DNA of 64,000 nt from the NCBI GenBank assembly GCA_016184225.1, contig JACPDA010000004.1, forward strand, positions 672,316-736,315, given 5' to 3'. Both the position numbers and the translations under genes were made by a program. Source of the stretch: Candidatus Daviesbacteria bacterium (GTDB lineage: Bacteria; Patescibacteriota; Microgenomatia; Daviesbacterales; UBA10151). Each line of letters opens with the position of its first letter. The stretch's first letter is position 1. Shown one piece after another: positions 49,290-60,170 of this stretch. The notes under the pieces are model-generated. The model ran no database searches, was not told the DNA's origin, and worked only from the letters and a program-made list of their open reading frames with translations.

Positions 49290-49445
49290 CTAAAAATATC
49301 TCTAACCCATTATTGGTACAAAAAGGCTTAATTGTCAATACTTCGATTTCACTTAAAGAAATTGATACTGAGCGTAGTCGAATGTATCAAGTCCCGAGGC
49401 GCAGATACCAATCAATAATTTCCTGGCCCCAAAAAACCATAATAA

Positions 49446-49475
49446 GATTACACCCCAAGGGTGTAATCGGAGGTT
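49446..49475. repeat. REP-like element, family B (GATTACACCCCAAGGGTGTAATCGGAGGTT), upstream flank of RAYT copy 4
   Basis: Perfect 30/30 identity with the copy at 50174-50203. Hairpin ACACCC-CAAG-GGTGT. Confidence 0.9.
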
Positions 49476-49508
49476 TACATTTAAACCAGGATATGGTCTA
49501 CTAAATCT

Positions 49509-50159
49509 ATGCCTTCAAGAATTGATCCCTTGGTTAATGGGGAATATTACCATATTCTCAATAGAGGTGTGGACAAAATGAATATCTTTAAGAACTCATA
49601 CAATTTTCAAAGATTTTTAAAAACAATGCTCTATTACGAAGTACTCGGACCAAAACCCAGATTCTCCCTATTTACACCTACTAATAATTTATTGGACACC
49701 AGTAAACAGATCGTCGAGATTGTTTGTTACTGTTTAATGCCAAACCATTTCCATTTCCTGGTTAAACAATTAATTGATGGTGGTATAACTGAATTTATCA
49801 GCAAGTTAAGCAATAGTTATACCAAGTATTTCAACATTAAATATAGAAGAGTAGGACCCCTGCTACAGGGAGAGTTCAAATCAGTATTGGTAGAAAGCAA
49901 TGAGCAATTATTACACCTTAGCCGCTACATCCACCTTAACCCCTTAGTTTCAGGCTTAGTTAAAGATTTAAAAGATTATCCCTGGTCATCTTATCCGGAA
50001 TATATCGGGCTAAGCGCTCAAAAAATCTGTGCCAAAGAAATTATCTTAAACCAATTCAAATCATCAAAAGATTACCAAAGATTCGTTTTGGATCAGGCAG
50101 ATTATGGCAGGGAACTGGAAATTATTAAGCACCAGCTGATAGAGGAGGAATATAACTAG
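49509..50159 (+). CDS. RAYT-like HUH Y1 transposase, copy 4
   Basis: LMPNHFHFLV and HLSRYIHLNP motifs. Flanked by identical 30-nt REPs. Inserted within the type IV pilus locus. Confidence 0.75.
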   Translation: MPSRIDPLVNGEYYHILNRGVDKMNIFKNSYNFQRFLKTMLYYEVLGPKPRFSLFTPTNNLLDTSKQIVEIVCYCLMPNHFHFLVKQLIDGGITEFISKLSNSYTKYFNIKYRRVGPLLQGEFKSVLVESNEQLLHLSRYIHLNPLVSGLVKDLKDYPWSSYPEYIGLSAQKICAKEIILNQFKSSKDYQRFVLDQADYGRELEIIKHQLIEEEYN

Positions 50160-50173
50160 GTCGGAATTATCAG

Positions 50174-50203
50174 GATTACACCCCAAGGGTGTAATCGGAG
50201 GTT
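50174..50203. repeat. REP-like element, family B, downstream flank of RAYT copy 4
   Basis: Identical to 49446-49475. Confidence 0.9.
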
Positions 50204-50207
50204 ATAG

Positions 50208-51110
50208 TTAAGATCCTAATTTTAAATACCAATCAACAATTTGATTTCCCCAGTAAAGCATAATTAAACTTCCTAAAACCAGAAACGGGCCAAAGGGGAT
50301 AGTTTGGCCGAAGTGCTTTTTACCGAAAATAATCAACCCGATTGAAAATACAGCGCCTGTTAAAAATGCAAGGATCAGGGCAAAAAGGGCTTGCGGAAAT
50401 CCCAGCATAAGTCCGATAAATGCCCCCAGCTTAACATCCCCGCCGCCCATTCCTTTTCCCCGGGTAATAATGATTAAACCATAGAAAAACCCTCCGATTA
50501 AAATGCCCATAAAAATTCCCCACATTAGAGGCTGGGCTGCCGCTATGGCATGCCTTTGGAAGTAATCACTGTGAGGGGGGAGCAGCAATCTACCCACCAT
50601 GCTTTGGGAAAGGGAGTAATACAGGTAACTGACTTTATATATGGTTACAACAATCAGGGAAACTAAGGCAATTACTATGGCCGGCTTGATGACCCGGTCG
50701 GGAATCAGCATTTTCTTAAGGTCTGTCAGGAAAAGAACGGCCAGAATTGTTATAAAGAAGGTTTTAGATAGCAAATCCACTAAAAGAATTGAGGATTGAA
50801 AAACAGATTGCCACGTCGCTTCGCTCCTCGCAATGACGAATGGGGTTTGCCAAAACAGAAACCCCACCAATATCCCCATTCCTATTTCAACCAGTAAATA
50901 CTCGATCCCTATCTTTTTATGGCAATACCTACACTTCCCACGGAGCAGTATATAAGAGGCAATAGGAAACAGGTCGTACCAGGCCAGTTTGTGATGACAA
51001 CTCAAACAGTACGACCTTCCCCAAAATGATTTCTTGCCTAAACTTCTATCAGCCAGGGCTTTAACAAAACTTCCCAAAATTGTACCTAAGATAAAACCTA
51101 TTACGATCAT
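50208..51110 (-). CDS. pilD: prepilin peptidase (A24 family)
   Basis: N-terminal tetracysteine region (CLSCHHKL...CRYCHKKI) and multiple TM helices with a conserved Asp context (GGGDVKLGA). Confidence 0.85.
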   Translation of the reverse strand: MIVIGFILGTILGSFVKALADRSLGKKSFWGRSYCLSCHHKLAWYDLFPIASYILLRGKCRYCHKKIGIEYLLVEIGMGILVGFLFWQTPFVIARSEATWQSVFQSSILLVDLLSKTFFITILAVLFLTDLKKMLIPDRVIKPAIVIALVSLIVVTIYKVSYLYYSLSQSMVGRLLLPPHSDYFQRHAIAAAQPLMWGIFMGILIGGFFYGLIIITRGKGMGGGDVKLGAFIGLMLGFPQALFALILAFLTGAVFSIGLIIFGKKHFGQTIPFGPFLVLGSLIMLYWGNQIVDWYLKLGS

Positions 51111-51190
51111 AGCTTTCAGTCTTCAGCTTTCAGCTATCAGACTTTTAATTACAACAATCTGACGACTGATGACTGACTGCTGATGGCTAC
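51110..51190. repeat. REP-like element, family F (intergenic pilA-pilD)
   Basis: AGCTTTCAGTCTTCAGCTTTCAGCTATCAGACTTTTAATTACAACAATCTGACGACTGATGACTGACTGCTGATGG. Confidence 0.8.
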
Positions 51191-51732
51191 TAATAAGTAC
51201 AACTTCCTCCCGATTCGGCGATCAATGCTAGATTGGAACCAACCTCGTAGAGAGCACTATCATTACCCCCATCTCCTCCTGCCTTACCTGATTCCTTCTG
51301 GGACTCCAAAGCGGTATTAATTTCCCAACCATTACCATCAGAACAATATGTGTAGTGAGTGGCTGTATTATTGGTCGGATCAATAGGCAGGGTTGGAACT
51401 GAAACACTGTTTTGGATGGATAAATTCACTTTTACCCAACCTGTTCCATCCGAAGCCCTGGTACCTGTATTACTTGACCCGTTACAGGGTGCTGTTGTCC
51501 CCTCGCACAAAATAGCAGCCGAGGAAGAAGTTGCTTCCTGGACCGCCACATTTATTGCTCCTTGCAGACTGGCAAGGTCGCTTAACCTAGCCGCATCGCG
51601 GCCCCGGCGGGTGATTTCTAACGGATTAATAATTAAAACAACAACCGCAGCCAAAATGGCAATAATAGCTATAACAACCAAAAGTTCAACCAGGGTAAAA
51701 CCCCTGTGTAGAACCTGAGCAGATTTTTTCAA
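51190..51732 (-). CDS. pilA: type IV major pilin candidate
   Basis: RGFTLVELLVVIAIIAILAAVVV. Strong RBS AAGGGGGTGAG. Possible sigma70-like promoter (TTGACT-N19-TACAAT) at 51755-51785 on the minus strand. Confidence 0.7.
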   Translation of the reverse strand: MKKSAQVLHRGFTLVELLVVIAIIAILAAVVVLIINPLEITRRGRDAARLSDLASLQGAINVAVQEATSSSAAILCEGTTAPCNGSSNTGTRASDGTGWVKVNLSIQNSVSVPTLPIDPTNNTATHYTYCSDGNGWEINTALESQKESGKAGGDGGNDSALYEVGSNLALIAESGGSCTY

Positions 51733-51798
51733 ATTTTCTCACCCCCTTACTTCCATTGTAGACACAAACGTTAATGTCCAGTCAAGAGATCAAATATG

Positions 51799-52998
51799 TT
51801 AAAAAGATGTAGTCAGCTGGTATATCGGCAAAATAATCGAGATGACCAAAAATGCCACCCCGATCCCCAGTATAATCAAAACAATCGGCTCGATCGCTAC
51901 CGTTAAATTCTTCACCATATGGTCTGACTCCGACTCAAAATATTCGGCCAGTTTAAAAAATATCTCATCAACCTTACCCGTCTCTTCGCCCACTTTAATC
52001 ATCTGGCTGACAATTTTGGGGAAAACAGCGCCAGCAAGCAAAGACGAAAAGGGCAACCCTTTTTCAACACCCTTATAAGCATCTCTTAGGGCATTTTTAA
52101 AAACCGGATTCTCTGTTAAATCGGAAACTATACCTATTGATTCAAGCAAAGGGATGCCGGCAGAAGTCAACAGGCCAAAAGTACGGTTGAAATTGGTTAA
52201 AGTGACACTGGTAACAATTTTTCCCACAATCGGCGTCTTTAAAATTAGCCTGCCAAAGAAAAGATTTCCTTTAGGGGTTTTCTTCCATCTGTTAATACCT
52301 ATAAAGCCGCCAATCAGAATAATCACCCCCACCCACCAAAAGTTTACAAATAGGTTTGATGTACCGATCAATATCCGGGTCGGCAGGGGAAGCGTCATTG
52401 TAGATTGAGTGTAGAGGTTCATCAGTTTCGGGACGACAAAAACCATCATTATGATGACCACCACCACCATCATAGATAGAACAACAACCGGATAAATCAT
52501 TGCCCCTTTAATCCTGGCTTGAAATTCCCTGTCTTTTTCCAATCCGTCGGCCATCTGGAGGAGTACCGAATCAAGCTTGCCCGAGGCTTCACCGGATTTA
52601 ACTAAGTTAATGTAAAGATGGGGAAAAATATGCGGGTATTTGCTCAAAGCCTGAGCCAGGGTTAAACCGCCCTTAATATTCTGAGAAATTTCTACCAAAG
52701 CCTTCTTTAGAGTCTTATTTGTTTGCTGTTCTTCCAGAATATCTATCGCTTCGGATAAAACCAACCCGCTGCTGACCATTGTTGCCAACTGCCTTGTCAC
52801 AATAACCAGCTCTGTAAAACTTACCCTGTTAAAAAAACGGTCTAAAAGTTGGTTTGCAGGAGCATTTTTAGGGCTAAGAGAAACAACAATTAAACCTTTC
52901 TTGTGTATAGTAGCGGCAGCAGAGTGAATATCCGGAGCCTGGACGCTACCAACATGATCATTTCCTTGTAAATCTTTGGCTTTATAATTAAATTCCAT
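51799..52998 (-). CDS. pilC: type IV pilus inner-membrane platform protein PilC (GspF family)
   Basis: Two GspF-type repeats. Three TM segments. Confidence 0.85.
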   Translation of the reverse strand: MEFNYKAKDLQGNDHVGSVQAPDIHSAAATIHKKGLIVVSLSPKNAPANQLLDRFFNRVSFTELVIVTRQLATMVSSGLVLSEAIDILEEQQTNKTLKKALVEISQNIKGGLTLAQALSKYPHIFPHLYINLVKSGEASGKLDSVLLQMADGLEKDREFQARIKGAMIYPVVVLSMMVVVVIIMMVFVVPKLMNLYTQSTMTLPLPTRILIGTSNLFVNFWWVGVIILIGGFIGINRWKKTPKGNLFFGRLILKTPIVGKIVTSVTLTNFNRTFGLLTSAGIPLLESIGIVSDLTENPVFKNALRDAYKGVEKGLPFSSLLAGAVFPKIVSQMIKVGEETGKVDEIFFKLAEYFESESDHMVKNLTVAIEPIVLIILGIGVAFLVISIILPIYQLTTSF

Positions 52999-53002
52999 AG
53001 TA

Positions 53003-53080
53003 ATAGTCGTCAGTCTTCAGCTATCAGCTGTCAGACTTTCTTGTGATTATCTGACGACTGACGTCTGATGACTGATAGCT
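53003..53080. repeat. REP-like element, family F (intergenic pilT-pilC)
   Basis: TCGTCAGTCTTCAGCTATCAGCTGTCAGACTTTCTTGTGATTATCTGACGACTGACGTCTGATGACTGATAGC. Confidence 0.8.
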
Positions 53081-54131
53081 ACTTTAGTAACTTAAGTAGT
53101 AATTCCGGCCGGAGCGCATAGCGCATTGCCACCTCCTGAGAGATTTTTCCTGCCTTTACCAAACCGGCAAGGGAACGCTCAAGAGGCTGCATCCCCAGTT
53201 CTGCCGAAGTTTCAATAGTATTATCTATTAAATAAGACTTGCCTTCCCGGATAATATTGCTGACAGCAGGCGTGGCAAACAAAATTTCCGAAGCCAAAAT
53301 CCTTCCCGGTGCAATTGTGGGGATTAAACGAAGTGATAAAATCGCTTCTAAAGTTGCGGCCAGTTGAAGCCGTATTTGGGATTGCTGTATTTCCGGAAAA
53401 ACATCAATAATCCTATCTACTGACTGCGCGGCCGAATTTGTATGCAGGGTTGCAAAAACCAAGTGGCCGGTTTCTGCAATAGTCATAGCCGATGCAATAG
53501 TCTCTAAGTCTCTCATTTCACCGATTAGTACCACATCCGGATCTTCCCGGAGACTGGCGCGCAGAGCATTTCCCCAGGATTTGGTATCAGCATACATCTC
53601 TCTTTGTTCGATTAATGATTTGCCCGGCGGATATACGTATTCTATGGGGTCCTCAACAGTGATAACATGGGCTGCCCGAGTTTGATTAATCTTGTTTATA
53701 AACGACGCCAAAGTGGTAGATTTGCCATGACCGGTTGGCCCTGTCACTAGAATAAAACCTTGCTTTAGTCCTATTATCTTATTTATCACAGGGGGGAGAC
53801 CTAATTCTTCAATAAGTGGTATACGGTAAGGAATAAGCCGCAAAGCTGCGCCGGGGTGGCCCTTTTGTCTGTATAAATTTACTCTAAACCTGGCTCTCCC
53901 TTCAAATTCAAAAGAGAAATCAAGTTCAAAGGTTTCCTTAAAAATATTCGCCTGCAAATCCGTCAGCAGGGGTTTAATCAAGCTTTCAATTTGCTCCGGT
54001 GTAGTAGATGGTTCACCCGGCACGGGAATAAGTTCTCCGTGAACTCTAAGGGTGGGAGGAAAACCCACAGAAAGGTGGAGGTCGGAAGCATTCCTGCGAA
54101 TGGTAAGATCTAATAGCTGCTGTATGTTCAT
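53079..54131 (-). CDS. pilT: type IV pilus retraction ATPase PilT
   Basis: Walker A GPTGHGKSTT plus Asp and His boxes. About 350 aa, PilT/PilU size. Confidence 0.85.
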   Translation of the reverse strand: MNIQQLLDLTIRRNASDLHLSVGFPPTLRVHGELIPVPGEPSTTPEQIESLIKPLLTDLQANIFKETFELDFSFEFEGRARFRVNLYRQKGHPGAALRLIPYRIPLIEELGLPPVINKIIGLKQGFILVTGPTGHGKSTTLASFINKINQTRAAHVITVEDPIEYVYPPGKSLIEQREMYADTKSWGNALRASLREDPDVVLIGEMRDLETIASAMTIAETGHLVFATLHTNSAAQSVDRIIDVFPEIQQSQIRLQLAATLEAILSLRLIPTIAPGRILASEILFATPAVSNIIREGKSYLIDNTIETSAELGMQPLERSLAGLVKAGKISQEVAMRYALRPELLLKLLK

Positions 54132-54134
54132 CTT

Positions 54135-55847
54135 CTAGTCCTGGGCTACTCTCAGCACCTCCTCCATAGTAGTTATCCCTTCCAAAACCTTTAAATACCC
54201 GTCCTGTTTCATGGTAATCATGCCTGCTGCCACAGCAGCTTGTTCAATGCTGCCGGATGAAGCATGCTCCAGCACCAATTTGGAAATTTCTTCCGTAATG
54301 GAAAGTATCTCAAATATCCCAACCCTGCCAACGTAGCCTGTATTGCCACAAAATGGACAGCCTTTGCCTTTAAAAAGCTTCAGAGTAGTGCTGCCGGAGG
54401 GGAGAATTTTACCCAAAACCGCCTTTATGTTTTCAACTACCTCCGGTGGTGCACTAAACTCTATCCTGCAGCGCTGGCAAATCTTCCTGACTACCCGCTG
54501 CCCCACCACGGCATTCAAAGCTGAAACCAGTAAAAATGGCTCCACTCCCATATCCAACAGCCTGGGCGGAGCGCCGGAGGAGGAATTAGTATGAACGGTA
54601 GAAAAAACCTGATGCCCGGTTAAGGCTGCCTGGATAGCCAAATCTGCAGTCTCAGTATCTCTGATCTCACCGACCATGATTATGTTAGGGTCTTGCCTGA
54701 GAAAGCTGCGAAGGGCCGAGGCAAAAGTTAAACCAACCTGGGTATTGACTTGCACTTGATTGACTCCGGGGATTTGATACTCAACAGGATCTTCAATTGT
54801 CACTATGTTTACCTTTGTAGTAGAAATCTTCGTCAGGATGGAATAAAGGGTGGTAGTTTTTCCGCTGCCGGTCGGGCCGCAGATCAGGATAATTCCATGA
54901 GGCCTGAGGAGTTGGGTTTCCAGACTTTTTAAAGAATTCCCCCGTAGTCCGAGTTCCAAAAGGGACGGCGCCCCTGTTGATTTAGGCAATAACCTCATTA
55001 CCACCTTTTCCCCGAAAACAGTAGGCACAGTGGAAATACGAAGGTCTACCACATTTTGTCCGAAGGTAAAAGTAAACCTGCCGTCTTGAGGTAATCTTTT
55101 CTCGTCAATTTTCAAAACGGAAAGGATCTTAATCCGGGAAACCAGGGCGTCGTGTACGCCTTTTGGGAGCAGGATTTTTTCCTGTAAAATACCGTCAATC
55201 CTGTAGCGTACCCTGGTCCGATCCTCCTGGGGCTCAATATGGATATCAGAGGCTCGGCTCTTGATGGCGTATTCCAAAAGCTGGTCTATGATGTTGGAAA
55301 CAGGTGCCTCGCGTAGAATTTCCGGACCGGTTTGTATTTGTTCTTCCGGCCTGACAGCTGCCACTTCCTTTAAGGCTGATGTTACCTCCGAAGTTAAGTT
55401 TTGGGAATATTGGTCGGAAATGGTTTTAAGGACATCTTCGGCCAGGGCTAAAAAGGGTTTGACGCGCAGGCCGGCCCGCTTTTCCACAAACTCGGTAATT
55501 TGAATATCCAAAGGGTCGGCCATCGCCACCCAAAGTTCATCATTTTTTTTATCGAAGGGGATGATTACATAGCGACGGGCTGCCGCTTCTGGCACTAAGT
55601 TTAAGATATCTGCAGCAATGGCTTTACCTTCAAGCTTAATATAAGGAACGTTCAGGATCTGGGCTTTTGCCTCCGTAATTTTATCAGTAGGTATTTGATA
55701 CTGCGCAAGAATTTTCTCAATAGGCTGGCCGGAGTTAATACTTTCCAGCTTAATCGCAGCCAACTGGTCGGCATTTATCAATTTCTCCCTGAATAAGATC
55801 TCTTCCAGGGAAGAATCAGGCGCACTTTGGGCAGGTATATTGGGCAT
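54135..55847 (-). CDS. pilB: type IV pilus assembly ATPase PilB (GspE family)
   Basis: GspE N-terminal domain, Walker A GPTGSGKTTT and tetracysteine CxxC...CPFCGNTGY. Confidence 0.9.
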   Translation of the reverse strand: MPNIPAQSAPDSSLEEILFREKLINADQLAAIKLESINSGQPIEKILAQYQIPTDKITEAKAQILNVPYIKLEGKAIAADILNLVPEAAARRYVIIPFDKKNDELWVAMADPLDIQITEFVEKRAGLRVKPFLALAEDVLKTISDQYSQNLTSEVTSALKEVAAVRPEEQIQTGPEILREAPVSNIIDQLLEYAIKSRASDIHIEPQEDRTRVRYRIDGILQEKILLPKGVHDALVSRIKILSVLKIDEKRLPQDGRFTFTFGQNVVDLRISTVPTVFGEKVVMRLLPKSTGAPSLLELGLRGNSLKSLETQLLRPHGIILICGPTGSGKTTTLYSILTKISTTKVNIVTIEDPVEYQIPGVNQVQVNTQVGLTFASALRSFLRQDPNIIMVGEIRDTETADLAIQAALTGHQVFSTVHTNSSSGAPPRLLDMGVEPFLLVSALNAVVGQRVVRKICQRCRIEFSAPPEVVENIKAVLGKILPSGSTTLKLFKGKGCPFCGNTGYVGRVGIFEILSITEEISKLVLEHASSGSIEQAAVAAGMITMKQDGYLKVLEGITTMEEVLRVAQD

Positions 55848-55872
55848 ATACTCATTATGTTAAAATCTCCTT

Positions 55873-56524
55873 GTGATTGCAAGGCTTTTAATTTCACCCA
55901 GTATTGAAAGAAGGGTAGATGAGATAAAAAAGATACTAGCTTCCCACATCACACGTGGGCTAATCGCCCAAGGAAGTGGGAATACAAATCATCCGGATTT
56001 GCTATACATTAAAGCAGGAGAAAAACTGGGAATTGCCCAGGCCAGAAAGATTAAAGAACACTTTTCCTTAAAGCCATACTCTGCCAAAGGCGCAGTTGTA
56101 GTGTTAGAAGATGCATCAGTCATGACAGACGAAGCGCAGAATGCCCTGTTAAAAACCCTTGAAGAACCACCAAAAGAAGCTATTTTAATTTTGGGGGCCA
56201 ACTCCGATACCAACTTTTTGCCTACCATACTATCAAGGTGTAAAATAATAACTCTGGAAACCAGAAGTGATGATAGACTAGTGTATCATAGTAGATTCAT
56301 TCCAGACCTCGAGAAATTATTAAGTTATTCCATAGAGGAACGTTTTGCATTTATTGAAAAGCTCAAAAACAAGGAAGAATTTTTAAAGGCATTAATATTA
56401 TATTTTCATCAGGATGTAACTAAAAACAAGGACTTTCTAATGAAACTCTTGCAGACAGAGGCGTGGGCCAAACAGAATGTCAATATCAGGGCAATTTTGG
56501 AATATCTAATGCTGGTAATGCCGA

Positions 56525-56550
<26 letters not shown>
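55873..56550 (+). CDS. DNA polymerase III delta'-like clamp-loader subunit, short form lacking P-loop, with in-frame REP insertion
   Basis: LLKTLEEPP and TILSRCK boxes. Extra segment LASHITRGLIAQGSGNT is encoded by the family-G REP at 55936-55990. Confidence 0.6.
55936..55990. repeat. REP-like element, family G, inside holB-like gene
   Basis: CTAGCTTCCCACATCACACGTGGGCTAATCGCCCAAGGAAGTGGGAATACAAATC. Confidence 0.75.
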
Positions 56551-58689
<2,139 letters not shown>

Positions 58690-58695
58690 TTTTTT

Positions 58696-58725
58696 CCACC
58701 TGGAGGGTGGACTAGCTTGGCACCT
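58696..58725. repeat. REP-like element, family C relative (CCACCTGGAGGGTGGACTAGCTTGGCACC)
   Basis: Hairpin CCACC-TGGAG-GGTGG plus TAGCTT tail directly after the gyrB stop. Confidence 0.7.
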
Positions 58726-58775
58726 GTCCTTTTCTCGCATTAACAGGTTAAAAATCATATAATGTAGCTTAAGTT

Positions 58776-60170
58776 ATGGCTACAAAAGTTCATTTTTTAG
58801 GAATAGGGGGGAGTGGGGCATCGGGAGCTTCGGCGATTGCGGAAGCCCAGGGTTTTGAAGTTACCGGATGTGACCTAGAACCTCACAACGAATTCACCAC
58901 CATCTTTAAACCCAACCAACTCTTTACCGGCCACAACCCCAAACATTTAGCTTCCCACATCGGAAGTGGGAACGTAGATATCCTAGCAGTTACTCCCGCC
59001 ATTTTTTCTTTAGACCCAAACAATCCAGAACTTGTGGAAGCTAAGGAAAAAGGCATTCCGGTTATCACATGGCAACAATTTGTGGGAGAGTATCTGACCA
59101 AAAACAAGTTTGTCATTGCCATCTGCGGCACCCACGGCAAAACCACCACCACCGCTATGATTGCCAAACTATTGGAAGATGCCGGACTAGATCCCACAGT
59201 TTTACTCGGAGCAACTATTCCCAAATGGGGAACAAATTTCCGCTTGCCAAAACAAAAACATGACGGCCGTCAGTATTTTGTGGTAGAGGCAGATGAATTT
59301 AATGATAATTTTTTACCAACCAAGCCGGATATTGCAGTTGTTACCAATATAGAAATGGATCACCCGGAATATTTTAAAGACCTGGAGGCAGTTAAAGACA
59401 GCTTTAAAAAGTTTTTAATCCAAACTAAAAAGACTGTAGTCGCCAATTTAACCGATCCCGGAGCTGCCGAAGTAGTAAAGGTTGTCATGAAGGAACCAAA
59501 ATCACAAACGTCCTCCGATCGTGGGACAAATGTACAATACTTAGATTATACCAGAAATGAATTGGGTATGAACTTACAAATCCCAGGAGAGTTTAACAGA
59601 CTAAACGCTAAAGCTGCCATGCAGGTGGGGCTTTTATTGGGGATAGAACCAGCAACCATCAAAAGAAGTTTAGAAAACTACACCGGAGCCAGCAAAAGGT
59701 TTGAGTATATTGGACAGTATAAAGACGCCCAAGTTTATTCTGATTTCGGCCACCACCCGACAGAAATAGAAAAAACCATGGAGGCTGCCCGGGAAAAATT
59801 TCCGGACCAGCGGATATTGTTAATTTATCAACCACACATGTTTTCCCGGACTAAAGTTTTGTTTAACGATTTTGTAAAAGTTTTTCAAAAAGTACCCGTG
59901 GATAGAACCTTTGTTATGGACATTTATCCATCAAGAGAGGTAGATACCGGTTTAATTACCAGCAAACAACTAGTTGAAGCAATCCAGAAAGGAGTGGTAC
60001 CAAAATTTCGCAATAGCGAAAAAATGGTACCTTTAGTTTTATATATAGGAGAGACAAAGCAAGTATTGGAAAAATTAAAACCGGAAATTAAGCCGGGTGA
60101 TATTGTCTTTTTTATGAGTGCCGGAGATACTGATAAATTGGCAAAAGAACTAGTCGGCGGGCTTAAATGA
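58776..60170 (+). CDS. murC: UDP-N-acetylmuramate--L-alanine ligase with short in-frame REP insertion
   Basis: VHFLGIGGSGASG N-terminus and Mur ligase central and C-terminal domains. LASHIGSGNVD is encoded by the family-G REP at 58946-58975. Confidence 0.85.
   Translation: MATKVHFLGIGGSGASGASAIAEAQGFEVTGCDLEPHNEFTTIFKPNQLFTGHNPKHLASHIGSGNVDILAVTPAIFSLDPNNPELVEAKEKGIPVITWQQFVGEYLTKNKFVIAICGTHGKTTTTAMIAKLLEDAGLDPTVLLGATIPKWGTNFRLPKQKHDGRQYFVVEADEFNDNFLPTKPDIAVVTNIEMDHPEYFKDLEAVKDSFKKFLIQTKKTVVANLTDPGAAEVVKVVMKEPKSQTSSDRGTNVQYLDYTRNELGMNLQIPGEFNRLNAKAAMQVGLLLGIEPATIKRSLENYTGASKRFEYIGQYKDAQVYSDFGHHPTEIEKTMEAAREKFPDQRILLIYQPHMFSRTKVLFNDFVKVFQKVPVDRTFVMDIYPSREVDTGLITSKQLVEAIQKGVVPKFRNSEKMVPLVLYIGETKQVLEKLKPEIKPGDIVFFMSAGDTDKLAKELVGGLK
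58946..58975. repeat. REP-like element, family G, inside murC
   Basis: TAGCTTCCCACATCGGAAGTGGGAACGTAG is translated in the same frame (LASHI...) as the copy inside the holB-like gene. Confidence 0.75.
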
